Origin: Octopus sinensis
Taxonomy: Eukaryota
NCBI RefSeq assembly: GCF_006345805.1
Contig: NC_042998.1
Coordinates: 51,460,001-51,524,000 of the forward strand
DNA: 64,000 bases
Direction of reading: 5' to 3'
Shown here: piece by piece, positions 27,438 to 39,249 of the stretch
Layout: every line of letters starts with the position of its first letter
How positions within the stretch are numbered: the stretch's first letter is position 1
The notes under the pieces: generated by a model
Database searches by the model: none
What the model was told of the DNA's origin: nothing
The model's input: only the letters and a program-made list of their open reading frames with translations
Program-made: the position numbers and the translations under genes

Positions 27438-28026
27438 GTAAGGATAATTTGTTAAAATTTTGTTGTTGTTGTTGTACTTGTTCATGTTGTTGTTCTTCTT
27501 CTTATCATCATTATTATTATTATCATTCTTCTTCTTCTTATTATTATTATTAAGGTGGTGAACTGGCAGAATCATTAGCATGCTGGACAAAATGCTTAGC
27601 GGTATTTTGTCTGCTGCTACATTCTGAAGTTGATTTTGCCTTTCAAACCTTCTGGGGTCAGTAAATTAAGTAGTCAGTTGAACACTGGGGTCGATGTAAA
27701 CAACACATTTCCTCCCCCAAAATGGCTGCCCTTGTGGCAAGGTTTGAAACTATTATTATTATTATTGTTGGCGGTGGCAGTGACATCATTATTATTAAGG
27801 CAGCGAGCTAGGAGAATCGTTAGCACACTGGGCAGAATGTTTAGTGGCATATCACCTGTTTCTACCTTCTGTGTTCAAATTCTGCCATGGTTCACTTTGC
27901 TTTTCCTCCTTTTGGGAGTCAATAAATTAAGTACTAGTGAAACACTGGGCTCAATGAAATTGATTAGTCCCCTCCCTCTAAATTTCAGACCTTGTGTTAA
28001 AATAGAAAGGATTATTATTATTATTA

Positions 28027-28069
<43 letters not shown>

Positions 28070-28299
28070 GACAGTGAGCTGGCAAAAGATTACTGTGCCA
28101 AGCAAAATGCTTAGTGGCATTTTGTTTGTCTTAACATTCTAAGTTCAAATTCCACCAAGGTCAGCTTTACCTTTTATCCTTTCAGGGTCAATGAAATAAG
28201 TACCAGTCATGAGCTGGGTTTGATGTAATCAACTTGTCCCTACACCCAAACTTGCTGACCTAATATCAAAATTTGAAACCATCTTTATTATTATTATTG

Positions 28300-28855
28300 A
28301 GTAGGAGAGCAATGCATGCCATCAAAATGACACTGGAGCACAAATATACGAAGTCCAATATACCCATCATGACTACACATCTGATAAGGATACACCAGGC
28401 ATATGCATCACAACCATATGTATACAACATGATGACCTTATATCAAGGTAAATAGCATATGACCTTGCAGGTGGGGCCCAGTTAGAATTTTCTTCAGGTT
28501 GAGTAGCCTATCCCGCTCAAAAGGTCCCTGAATGAGGGTTGTTTAAGGATGATGGTTGAAACACCCATGTTTCCAAAGCTGAATTATTCAAACCCCAAAA
28601 ACTTCCTCTCAGCACCTGGCTATGATGCTTCCCAACTACTCCTGCTTGTGATCAGAAATGCACATATTGTTAGCCACTAATGGACATGCTCAAATAGTAA
28701 AGATCAAACAACTGACAAGCAGATCTGCAGTATTGAACAGAATATTTACTGTAGCCCATCTTTTTATGCTAATACAAACCATGTACATGATAATACTTCC
28801 AGTCAGTTAAGATCAGAAGCCATGAGAGCCACTGCCTGGTGCTGCTTCAGGGCAT
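28300..28855. mobile_element. Unclassified interspersed repeat (~550 bp)
   Basis: Its right half recurs, diverged, at about 46620-46865 (GGCTATGATGCT..CCACTACTCCTG..CAGAATATTT). Confidence 0.6.
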
Positions 28856-29084
28856 CATCATTATTATTATTAAGGCAGTGAGCTGGAAGACTTGTTAGCA
28901 CATCTGTTGAGCAGCATTTCGTCCGTCTTCATGTTCTGAATTCAAATTCTGCTGAGGTTGACTTTGCCTCTCCTTTCAGGTTTGATAAAATAAATAGATA
29001 CCAGTTGAGCACTGGGGTCAATGAAATCAACTTATTCTCCATCCCTGAAGCTGCTGACTTTGTGCCAAAAATTGAAACCATTAT

Positions 29085-29085
<1 letters not shown>

Positions 29086-29167
<82 letters not shown>

Positions 29168-29205
29168 TCATCATCATCATCATCATCATTATTATTATTA
29201 TTATT
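29086..29205. repeat. Compound microsatellite (ACT)15(AGT)12(ATC)n(ATT)n
   Basis: Counted directly; the ACT/AGT junction is a perfect palindrome. Confidence 0.95.
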
Positions 29206-29499
29206 CATCTGCTGCTTTGTTCTGAGGGCAAACTCCGGAGGTTGACCAATGAAACACCTGGGTCAATGTAATTGACTAGTCCCTTCTCACCAAATTTCAG
29301 GCCTTTAGTAGAAAGGATTATTTTTATTGTTTGTTAAGGTGGCTTACTGGCAAAATCATTAGCATGCCAGACAAAGGCTTAGCAGCCTTTCTTCTGGCTT
29401 TAGATTCTGAGTTCAGATTTCACCAAGGTCAACTTTGCCATTCATCCATTCATGGTCAATGAAATAAGAACCAGTTGAGCACTAGGGTCAATGTAATTA

Positions 29500-32400
29500 A
29501 CCTCCTGTGCTATCCCAGCAGATCTGTCTGTGACAACTTCCATCACTGGGTGGGTGCGTAATAAACCTGGTTTCAGTGAGGCTCTGATCCACTTGGGTCA
29601 ATTCAAGATTTTCAACTGAGCCAACTATTTGTAGAGCGCTCAGTGCAGGGTCTGCAATGCAGCCATTCTTGGTCTTCTTTGCAGGGGCTGAACCGCTTCT
29701 ACTGCAGCACCATAAGTCATAGTAAATGGCCACTTTTCAGAACATTTCAGGTCATGGTTTGTCTATTAGGAACAACCTCTGCCTTCACTCCTACACGTTT
29801 TGACTGTTGAACCATTGCATGGAAACTAGAATTATTCAGAGCTATCCCACTCAGACTAGGATGCAAGAAGACTGTATATCAGCATACACAGACAATGTCT
29901 CTGTCATGGTATTGAATACCACAGAAATTGAGGTAACCAGCACTGCATTGAAGGAAGATAAGGTGGTTACAGGAGCACACATTACCACATTAAGCCAAAC
30001 AATTCTATGGATTTGCAGCTTGACACCTAGAAAAGAAAGTCCATGCCAGCCAACATCATATGATGATCCTGTAAAGATGCCTGAGGTCTTCAGTCAGATG
30101 TCTAAATGGGTAGGAAATGGGATGAAGTTACAAGCAGGAGTGACCAGTCTCCACAAATGGGCTGAGAAGAAGCAATTCCTGAAATGTTGAGCAAATGTAT
30201 ACTTATATATACACCTTGTTTATGGCTCTGATCATCATGCCATTTATCTTACCAGCTTGAAGCACCTTCTCTTTTGATTTTTGTAAAGGTGTTTTAAAAG
30301 TTCCATGTGTTTTCAATAACCTCTATATACATGACTTTATATGCTGTGGTCAGTGATGCATAAAGGATATGGTGAGACTGGCATCTGCAGAGATTTCTGG
30401 ACAATATGCAGGCAAAGTAACTATTTGTCAAGCATGTCTTCCCACATCTCATCTCTTCGCCAGATTTCTAACCCAAGGTCAAGTGAAAACCGAAACTAGA
30501 CACCTGGTATCTGGAATGTTGTTATCTATATGTTATTTTCTCCTTACCAGGTAGTGCGGTTGGTGGTACATTTGTTTTTTGCTTTGTGTAGAAGATTAGT
30601 GATGGATAAGACCAAAGGAGTTTTTGAAGCAACTCTACATGTGGATGATAATCAATTAAGCAGTCTTTTTCAAAAAGCTTTCAACTCTGAGAGAATAAGT
30701 AACTTCCAGAAATCCCTATTCTGACAGTGTTACCAGGATGGTAGGGGAATATTACTTGTTTAGGATAAGCTCTATAGGGCTGGAAGTGCAATCATCTAGG
30801 CTTGAATAAAATGCATGCAGAGTGACAAAACTGTTCTCTTAGCTTTCATTCTGAATTCATTCATTGCTCACTTGTGGAATTACATGAGACAGTTTTTGAT
30901 GTACATAAAACAAATCCAGCTATTAACCAAGTCTGTCACGAGGATAGCCCCACCATACCTTCATCAGGAAAGATAGGCAGTTTTTTCCTCTGGTTGGTGG
31001 CTATTTTGAAAAGGACTGCACTGTGAAGGAGATTGAAAGAACTGTAGAAAAAACACGTTCTTCTTTGGCCAAGTTCTAAATAACTTGGACTCTTACTTGG
31101 AGTGAAAGGTGATGGTGGAAAAAGAGTCGCAACCATACAGAACATTTGCTGAAATATAGGTGACATTGACAAGTGAACCCTATTGAATGGAGTTTACATT
31201 AACATTTAGGCTGGAGAATACAGCTGAGGAAAGTACACATGCACTTGGCAATAGAGATAATCAAGAATTTGTGATGTCACTTGTTTGGCCCCAGATGGCT
31301 GTCCCTCTGTTGAGACATTTTCTTATTCCTTTATGCTGTTGATTTTCATGCATGTTTTCTTTTCTTTAATTCTATGCTAACCCTCAGCATCACTGGATTT
31401 TTTTCCTTGTAATATATCTTCATTGTGGCAAATAAAGAAATTATTATTATTATTATTATAATAAACCTGTTCACTCCTGATGCTCGCTTTTGGCTTTGTT
31501 GCTGGATATGTTCAAATATGTATTTGTTCAAAATATGGTTTTCTCCAAAACATGCTTAATCCACCTCTCTGTGCTTAATTCTTGATATACAAAGCTATTT
31601 TTTCTGCCCCTCCCTTTCTAACATTCTGCATACACTTTTTTTTCATCTGATATTACATCATTAGTATGGTCATAGGAAGTGGGTGGTAAAAAAAACTATG
31701 AGTTGTATCACCTGTGTACCATTGGTTAGACCAATTTTTAAGCTTTAGAGTCAGCAAAATGTTACAATGAATCCACTTTTAAGATGGTGGGGGGTCTATG
31801 AGGCAGCAGTAGCCTTTCAGTAATAAAATGGCTTAAAAAGTCTGGAAGAACAAAGAATCATTGTGCTCATCATTGACTGAAGAAGTGTCCAGACTGATCT
31901 ATACAATCTTCTCTTCAAAATGCATCAATGATGATTTCATTGATTTCATTTAACATCTTTTTAATGTTTGCAAGCAAGCCAGTTGACCAGACTGTTTTCA
32001 AGTGTCTTCTATATGAAGTTAAAGATCGGCTTCAAAATAAGCATATCACTGAAGTGGAGGGGATAATCTCCATGGTATTTGTAATGTTTTGAGCTGCAAG
32101 AATTGTTAACATGCTTGCAAACTGTAAATCAAGTTGATCACTAAACACATGGTGTAGGAGTTTCTCATTACTTTTAATAAGGATGCTTTCATTTGACAAT
32201 TTGATCTTTGCATCTGCATCAGTTTGTTTCCTTTCACCTACAGCCAAGAGAAAGTTAAACCATAACTCATTTTCCAGGGCATCGACTCTAGTGTGTATAG
32301 GTAACCATCAGTTGTAGCAACAGTTTTAGTCCTGAACTCTTTTGGATAGTCAAAGTGGCAATGCTTTGTTTTCTTGTGTTGCTTATGCATGCATGCCACA

Positions 32401-34300
32401 TTTGGATTATCCGGTCCACATGTGCTTTGGAGCATGCATTTTACAACTCAGTAATGTTCAGGATCTTCTTATTTATTTGAAAGCTCCACATTCACAAATT
32501 TGTCATAAATTATTGTTGTTTATGGTCTGCCATCAGGATACAGCCATACCAACAAATGTGCATGAAGGAGGCCTTATTTTTGGAAGTCAACCATGGAGGT
32601 TATCCCCTCCACTTCAATGATTTGCTTATTTTGAAGCTGATTTTTAGCTTCATATAGAAGACACTTGTAAACAGTCTGGTCAACTGGCTATTGCTTGTTC
32701 AGATTCCAGCTGCACAGTAATTTCTTGCACAAAGTTGCATATCATTTTAATGAAGAGATCTGGCTTCCAAAAATATCTCACAATTGCCATTGTATTCTGG
32801 AAAAGCTTTTGCATGTGTCAGGGACCTCCCGTAGATGAATATGACAGCATTAATAATGGCCCAACCTTTCTAGATGACCCATGCACTTGTATAATTATGT
32901 GTGCATCTCTTTTTGATCATTATGAAGGAAATTTATTTGTGAACCTCAAGTTTTGCATCCATACTACCTTGTTCTTGCATCCACCTTCTAGGGTTTCATA
33001 GTACAGAGTGTTTTAGGTGTTCTAAAATGATATTCATATTCACCATTCAAATGCAAAAGTAAAAAGGACAGAGGATCATATAGCATGTGCAAATGGTGGA
33101 TAAATATCATTTTTTCCAGCACGTTTATATAAAATGATCTGGCATTCATAGCTTAAGACTTAGCCCATTCCAAGAAGTATAGCACCCACCTCTGAAGCTG
33201 TTAAACATGCATAGGTTTACTCTGTATGGATGCATTGATTTCCATATGAAAATCATGCATATTTTTGGCATCTACTTCTGATATAAGTTTAAACTGCTAC
33301 CAAAATGGATTACACTCTTGGATTAAATCTTGAAGTACCTTCATAGTTTCATTTCTAATTTGTGGGTTACATGAGTGTCATTTGTTCAGCTGATTTCAGG
33401 ATCGGATATGTACAGCTATGCATAGGTTGGTTTTGTACTGGGATCTGATAGAAGACTCTTTCAGTGTGGTGAGTAACTCTGCCTTAGAAGTAGTATGCAT
33501 ATTCCACCAGCATTAATCAGATCTTTATCATGCTGTGTTCCAGGTGATGTGAATACTTCTGCGCATTTGTACTCACGTATGTTTTTGTTTTCTTAATTCT
33601 CTGCTAACAGCATCATTGCCTGTGAATAAATCCATCAATTGGATTTGCTATTGGCAAGTGGGCAGTTTATGCTTTGTTTTCTCCACAGCATAGCATAAAC
33701 ACTGGATTATCTGGTAGAGCCTTCAACTGCTCTTCAAGCAACTTTTGCACCTATTGCAAATAGTATTCGTACATCCCAAATAGTGCTGTTCGGCATTTTG
33801 ATTTGGCTTTCTTGCAATTTAAAATGAACAGTTCTATACACAACTTTGGCTCAGTTTTCATGTCAGCTTGCCTTATGCTGATTCCTGTTAGTGTCTTGCA
33901 CCTGAGCCTGCTCAGACATTTCACTTGCATGTTGGTTTGCTAATTGTGATTCTTGTTAGCGTACTGCACTTGCTACTACTCAGATAATTTGCACATCACC
34001 TTACAAATCACTAATTCCTGTTAGTATGCAACACCTGCTATTCCCCAGACAAATAATTTACATGTCAATTAACATTATACTGATTCTTGCTAGAACATCA
34101 CACCTTCCACTGCTAGTATGATTCATTTGCATGTTGGTTTGCTAATCTCTGATTTCTTAGTTTGTCTTCCACATTGTTCCAGCTTTTTCTTTTCATGCTC
34201 CTACCTCTTCTTTTCTTGATACCATCTTTGTTTGTCTTTGGTGTTTTACTTCTAGTTTCAACCATTTCATACCCGCTAACTTCAGCTGAAAGATCAGTTC
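29500..34300 (-). mobile_element. Highly decayed L1/Tx1-like LINE relic (boundaries approximate)
   Basis: Minus-strand fragments resemble L1 ORF2 motifs: STCGPDNP (SPGPDG), SILIKSNEKLLHHVFSDQ (ILANRL..LP.LI..DQ) and HFRNCFFSAHLW (C-terminal H..C). Many stops. Confidence 0.45.
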
Positions 34301-35408
34301 TTGTTTTGAAACACAACAGGCCTGAAATTACCAACACATTCTCATCATCATCACAACTTAACATCCATTTCCCATGCTGGCATGGATTGGATGACTCAAC
34401 AGGAACTAGCAAGCCAGAGACCTGTGCCAAGATCCAACAGCTAGTTTGGCATGGTTTCTATGGCTAGATGCCCCTCCTAACATCAAGCACTCTACAGAAT
34501 GTATTTGGTGTTTTTTACATGGCAGTAGCACTGGTGAAGTCACTAAGTAACTTGCAACACAAGACCCCTTTTGTGAGTTACTTGGTGACCTCACTGGTGC
34601 CAGTGCCATGTAAAATGTAGAAAAAATAGGAATAGGGATGCTATTTAAAGCACAAAAGAAAAGAAAATGGATTGCTGCTTCAAAAGGAAATAGTATAAAA
34701 AATAAGAAACCAGTATTCTTCTTAATGTATGTGTATCTTTGTGTCTTTTTGTGACACTTTGCCCATTCCCTACCACTGCTTAACTGGTGTTGGTTTGTTT
34801 CTGTCCTTATAACTTAGTAGTTCAGCAAAAAAAAAAAAAAATCCCAACAGAATAAATACTAGGCTTATATAAATACTGGAGTCATTTTGTTTCATTAAAC
34901 CCATCAAGGCAGTGTCCCAGCATGGCCATCGTCCAATGACTAAAAATAAGGAAAAGATAGCCATTAGCCTTCAAATTTTGAGATTGTACAGATTTTTATT
35001 ATTCCAGATATCACAATTATTTATTGTCTGTACAATGGAATTATGCGCTTTTTCCAAGAATCCAAGGTCGGTCGTATTTAGATCCAGGTGGGTTGTTATG
35101 TATCCTGTCACTCCTGTAATAATAGATTTTATTCTTTTACTTGCTTCAGCCATTTAACTACAGCCATGCTGGAGCAGGGCTTATTCTTTGTAAGTTTAGT
35201 ACTTATTCTATAGATCTCTTTTGCTGAGCCACTAAGTTACAAGGACATAAACACACTAGCATCAGTTATCAAGTGATGGCTGGGGGAAAAACAGACACAC
35301 ACACACATAAATATATATATATATAGTTCATATCCAGTTAAATGAAGAAAAGAAAATGGAGATAAGGAAGTTAACAATTATCTATTATTAACAAATTGGT
35401 CATCCTTA

Positions 35409-35494
35409 CTTCTTACAGTCGTTTCAATTAATATTCAATAATTTGTACATTAAATTTGCATCTATGTATCATGAGCATAATTTCATCAGAGAAA
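35409..35494 (-). ncRNA. Type-I hammerhead-like motif H5 (best copy, core intact)
   Basis: Minus strand: TTTCT-CTGATGA-AATTA[47 nt]TAATT-GAAAC-GACT-GTA-AGAAG; predicted cleavage between 35414 and 35413. Confidence 0.7.
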
Positions 35495-35592
35495 AAGATG
35501 TACCTTGAGACGTTATATGCAGACCTATCAGTTCATTTCAACAGACTCAGTATGCTGAAATGAACTGATAGGTCCACATCTCAAGGTACATC

Positions 35593-35692
35593 TTTTTGTC
35601 TAATGAAATAATTCTCATGTCACGTAAATGCAAATTTAATGTACAAATTTGTAATTAAATTATTGAGTATTAATTGAAATGGCTGTAAGAAG
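35593..35692 (+). ncRNA. Degenerate hammerhead-like motif H6 (G5 to A; inverted partner of H5)
   Basis: CTAATGA 35600-35606 ... TAATT-GAAAT-GGCT-GTA-AGAAG 35671-35692. Confidence 0.55.
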
Positions 35693-35880
35693 GATGACCA
35701 ATTTGTTCATTATAAATAATTGTTAACTTCCTTATCTCCATTTTCTTTTTTCCATTTAACTGGATATAAACTATATGCTTAATATATACTATTGTTTTAA
35801 GGGAATTTCTTTCCCCAACAATACTAGGTATTGAATCAGTATTTCCTTGGATGTAACCATCCCTTTAGGAGGTTAACATA

Positions 35881-35889
35881 TCTTCTATT

Positions 35890-35926
<37 letters not shown>

Positions 35927-36100
35927 AAATCCGTTCTGTCTGTCTGTGTGTGTGTCTTCTAGGATCTCAGGCATCCTCCATCCGATTGCACTCAAATTTG
36001 ATATGTAGACACCAACGGCATCAGGGTGTGTATAAGTCTTGAAAAAATTACAAAAATCGATCCCAGGTGAGAATGCGATTGATAAAGCCGTGGGAACGTG
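35881..36100 (+). mobile_element. Helitron-like 5' end (3' end uncertain)
   Basis: A|TC start, TATATAAAA, then (TCTG)/(TG) tract and CCGATTGCACTCAAATTTG; same layout as the start of 38826. Confidence 0.55.
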
Positions 36101-36499
36101 CATTTGTACGTGCAAGTACATCAGCTATTGTGATCGATACTATGCATATGCGAGAAGAATGCATGTGCAGTTTGTGCGAAAAAAGCTGGCTGGCAGTATA
36201 TTTAAGAGACCAAGAAAGTAAGATGCAAAAGAGATATTTTCTTCAAACTTGGCATGAAGGAAGGAAAGACTATCATAACAGCCTTATCATTACTGGTACT
36301 TTAAATCAAAGTTTCTGGTTTAAAGGGTATCACGAAAGGCTTGGCTGGAGGCCCAACCTTCCAAGTTGGGCCTCCAACTACAGCTTAGGAAAACTGAAGG
36401 GCTACTGCAATAAGTGTATGAATCTGAGAGGGCAATATGTTGAATAAAATCATAATACACACACACACATAAATTCAAAACAAGGTACTGCTTGACAAG

Positions 36500-36601
36500 T
36501 CACCTGACAAGACACATCTGCACCTACAATGTACCACTATATTTGTACATTATCTCACCTCCGAGGCACAAGTGCATGATGGATCGAAATGACTGTAGTG
36601 A
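36500..36601 (+). ncRNA. Degenerate hammerhead-like motif H7 (G8 to A)
   Basis: TCAC-CTGACAA-GACACATC[59 nt]GATGGATC-GAAAT-GACT-GTA-GTGA; (TA)n begins about 40 nt downstream. Confidence 0.55.
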
Positions 36602-37811
36602 ATAATAAAGAGTCTCTTGAATTACATTTTCTTTCTCCCATATATATATATATATACATACAGAGAGAAAGAGAAGAGAAAACTGTATGCATATACATCA
36701 ATATATGTATATGTAAGGAGAGACAAACTTAGAATACATTTATTCATTCATATAATCTTATACATTTGAGCTGCAGGAAGTTTCTGAAATATTGTAGTTT
36801 TGAAAATAAATAAATAAATAGATAACTAAAACCTGAGTTGTTATTCAGAGAAAGGTTGTGTGTTGATAATATAAGGTAGAAAGTCAAGCACTATCAATAA
36901 TTTTGAGTGGATTGTAAATTTGAAGGTGAAAGCATCTGTGTATTGCTATAGTAATATAAACAGCAGAACACGAAGAAGCAACCTGAGAGTAGACTAATGG
37001 TGTGTACATGTTTTAAGAGACAGGGGTTTATTAATCACATAAGTGTATTCTGAATGCAAACTTTATATTGCCATCTGTCATTGTCACAAATATGAGAAGT
37101 TTATTATTACACAATGAATCATAATTGTGTATTGTAGTTTCCTTTTGTTTTATGTTTTTTGTTTTGGCTTTTTCTTAACCTGAACATGAAGCTAAAACTC
37201 TAGAGCTTTAACAATGTTTCGAATGCTGTTTCTATAATAAAAAAAATCATAAGGAACAATATGTAGGTGAGATACAAGAAAATAACAGCTGCCCTCATGG
37301 GGGAAAAACGTTTTATATTATCTTTCCAAGGTCGACTTTGCCTTTCATCCTTTCAGGGTTGATAAATTAAGTACTAGTGAAATACTGGGGTCGATGTAAT
37401 TGACTTGTCCCCTCTCTCAAAATTCCAGGTCTTGTACCTATAGTAGAAAGGATTATCTTTCCCGCTACACAATTTTTTTTTTTTTTTTTTTTTGTTGATT
37501 ATATCTGGGGGAAGGAACTGTCTTCATGACCTTTCAGGCCCCTTCAAGAGTCCTTATGCTTTTATTACTGTTATACCTAAATCTGTTCTGATTGAGAGCA
37601 TTTCCGATTGAGACATCCCATTGTTTTTTCTCTTTATTTCTTTTTTTATTTATTTGTGTACGACTTTAATGTCTGTGTTACTTCTGTTTCAAAATAGTCT
37701 GGTGTTATATGAAAGCGATTTGGCTGCTGTTTTCTAGTAACTCAAATGTTGATTCCCGCTGAAGAAGTTCCATCATTAATTTATCTGCTTATCAAATAAG
37801 TAAATATGTTA

Positions 37812-38024
37812 AGGTGGCGAGCTGGCAGAAATGTTAGCATGCCAGGCAACATGCTTAGTGGTATTTCGTCTGTCTTTACATTCTGAGTTCAAATTCCACC
37901 AAGGTTGACTTTGCCTTTCATCCTTTTGGGGTTGATAAATTAAGTACCAGTTGCGTACTGGGGTCCATCTGATCGACTGGCCCCCTCCCCAAAAATTTTG
38001 GGCCTTGTGCCTAGAATAGAAAAG
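37812..38024 (+). mobile_element. Full-length family-A SINE with long TSD
   Basis: A and B boxes present; AATAAGTAAATATGTT(A) duplicated at 37795-37811 and 38025-38041. Confidence 0.9.
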
Positions 38025-38825
38025 AATAAGTAAATATGTTATATCTCAAAAAATTTTTGAAGTCTGGTAAAAGTTCATGCACCATCACTGGTATGAAATA
38101 AGAGTCTATATTGTATGTGTATCATTTCCAAAAGAAGCTATCCCCGTCAAGCACACGCACACACATACACATATTTTGTACAAAACAGAAGCCAGACCAT
38201 ATGTCATTATCACTATCATCATCATTATTTAATGTCTGTTGTCCAGTCTGATTTGGTATGGTTTCTACGGCTGGATGACCTTCCTAATGCCAACCACTCC
38301 GAGACTGTAATGGGTGCTTTTACATGCCACCACCATGGGTGCCAGTTGTGTGACACCAGTATATATTGTGTGTGTGTGTAAACCATTAAAATATGTAGAC
38401 ATGACACACATGTAAATTTATGATGGCCATGTGTGAGTAGGAGTATTCCTCAATCTTAAGCTTTCAGCATTTAAACTGGCCATATCCTACCCAAATATTC
38501 CGCCTGTTTTATGTTCAAACCAGCCAGATATGGCCTCTCACACCTACCCTATAATGTCATTCTAAAAATAAACTATCATATCATTGAAAAATACAAAGCT
38601 ACGAAATAGCAGCATGACTAGTTCAAAACAGTGTGAATAAATAAGCGTTACATTTGATAATCTGAAGGATTAAAGAGCTGCAAAATTTTTTTACAAATTT
38701 CTGGCAGTTTGAGTGACTGCCTAGAGGCTGTATCATTAGCTTGTTGATGATGTTTATCCTCCAGCTCAACTCTGGTCAAGCAGATTTATACATATAAGTT
38801 CACTGTTAGAGTAAGCAAATATTTA

Positions 38826-39230
38826 TCTAATCTTTATATATAAAAGTGAGGTTGTGTGCTGTCTGTCTCCTACGATTTAGATTCCTAACTACTCTCACAT
38901 TTTGCGGTACAGTGTAACCAAAAGCGGGTATTTTATAGTCGTGATTCATATCGAGCCCTTCTGGGTATTAGCGCGCGTCTACGATGAGTCTACGATTAAA
39001 AAAAAATTTACCATCATTTTTATCCCATTTTTAATGCATTTTTTTTGCTGTTATATAAGGGAAGTAACTCACTAAAAATGTATTATTAAATCTCAGAACG
39101 TAAAAGGCTACAGTAACACCCCCCCTTTGTGGTTAGCCATATTGAGATGGCTATTATACTTTACATCTCTAAAAATGCTTATATAGTTATTTCCCTTACA
39201 AACCCGAGCAATGCCAGTCGATACTACTAG
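38826..39230 (+). mobile_element. Complete non-autonomous Helitron (405 bp)
   Basis: A|TC 5' end, CCCGAGCAATGCCAGTCG subterminal hairpin, CTAG|T 3' end, inserted at an AT dinucleotide with no TSD. Confidence 0.85.
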
Positions 39231-39249
39231 TATAACATAAGATCTTATA

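Larger units (their letters stand above)
27552..29490 (+). mobile_element. Head-to-tail cluster of family-A SINEs separated by (ATT)n tracts
   Basis: Copies start near 27552, 27797, 28067, 28871 and 29335, with a partial copy near 29210; all on the + strand, most preceded by (ATT)n. Confidence 0.8.
35321..35776. mobile_element. Near-perfect fold-back (palindromic) element, ~220-bp arms, ~15-nt loop, hammerhead-like motif in each arm
   Basis: 35321-35540 is the reverse complement of 35556-35776 apart from substitutions and small indels; the left end runs into (AT)n. Confidence 0.9.

Noticed and set aside
34971-35153. Protein-like minus-strand ORF (GVTGYITTHLDLNTTDLGFLEK...)
   Set aside because: It starts inside a SINE tail, has no recognisable homology and no partner exons.
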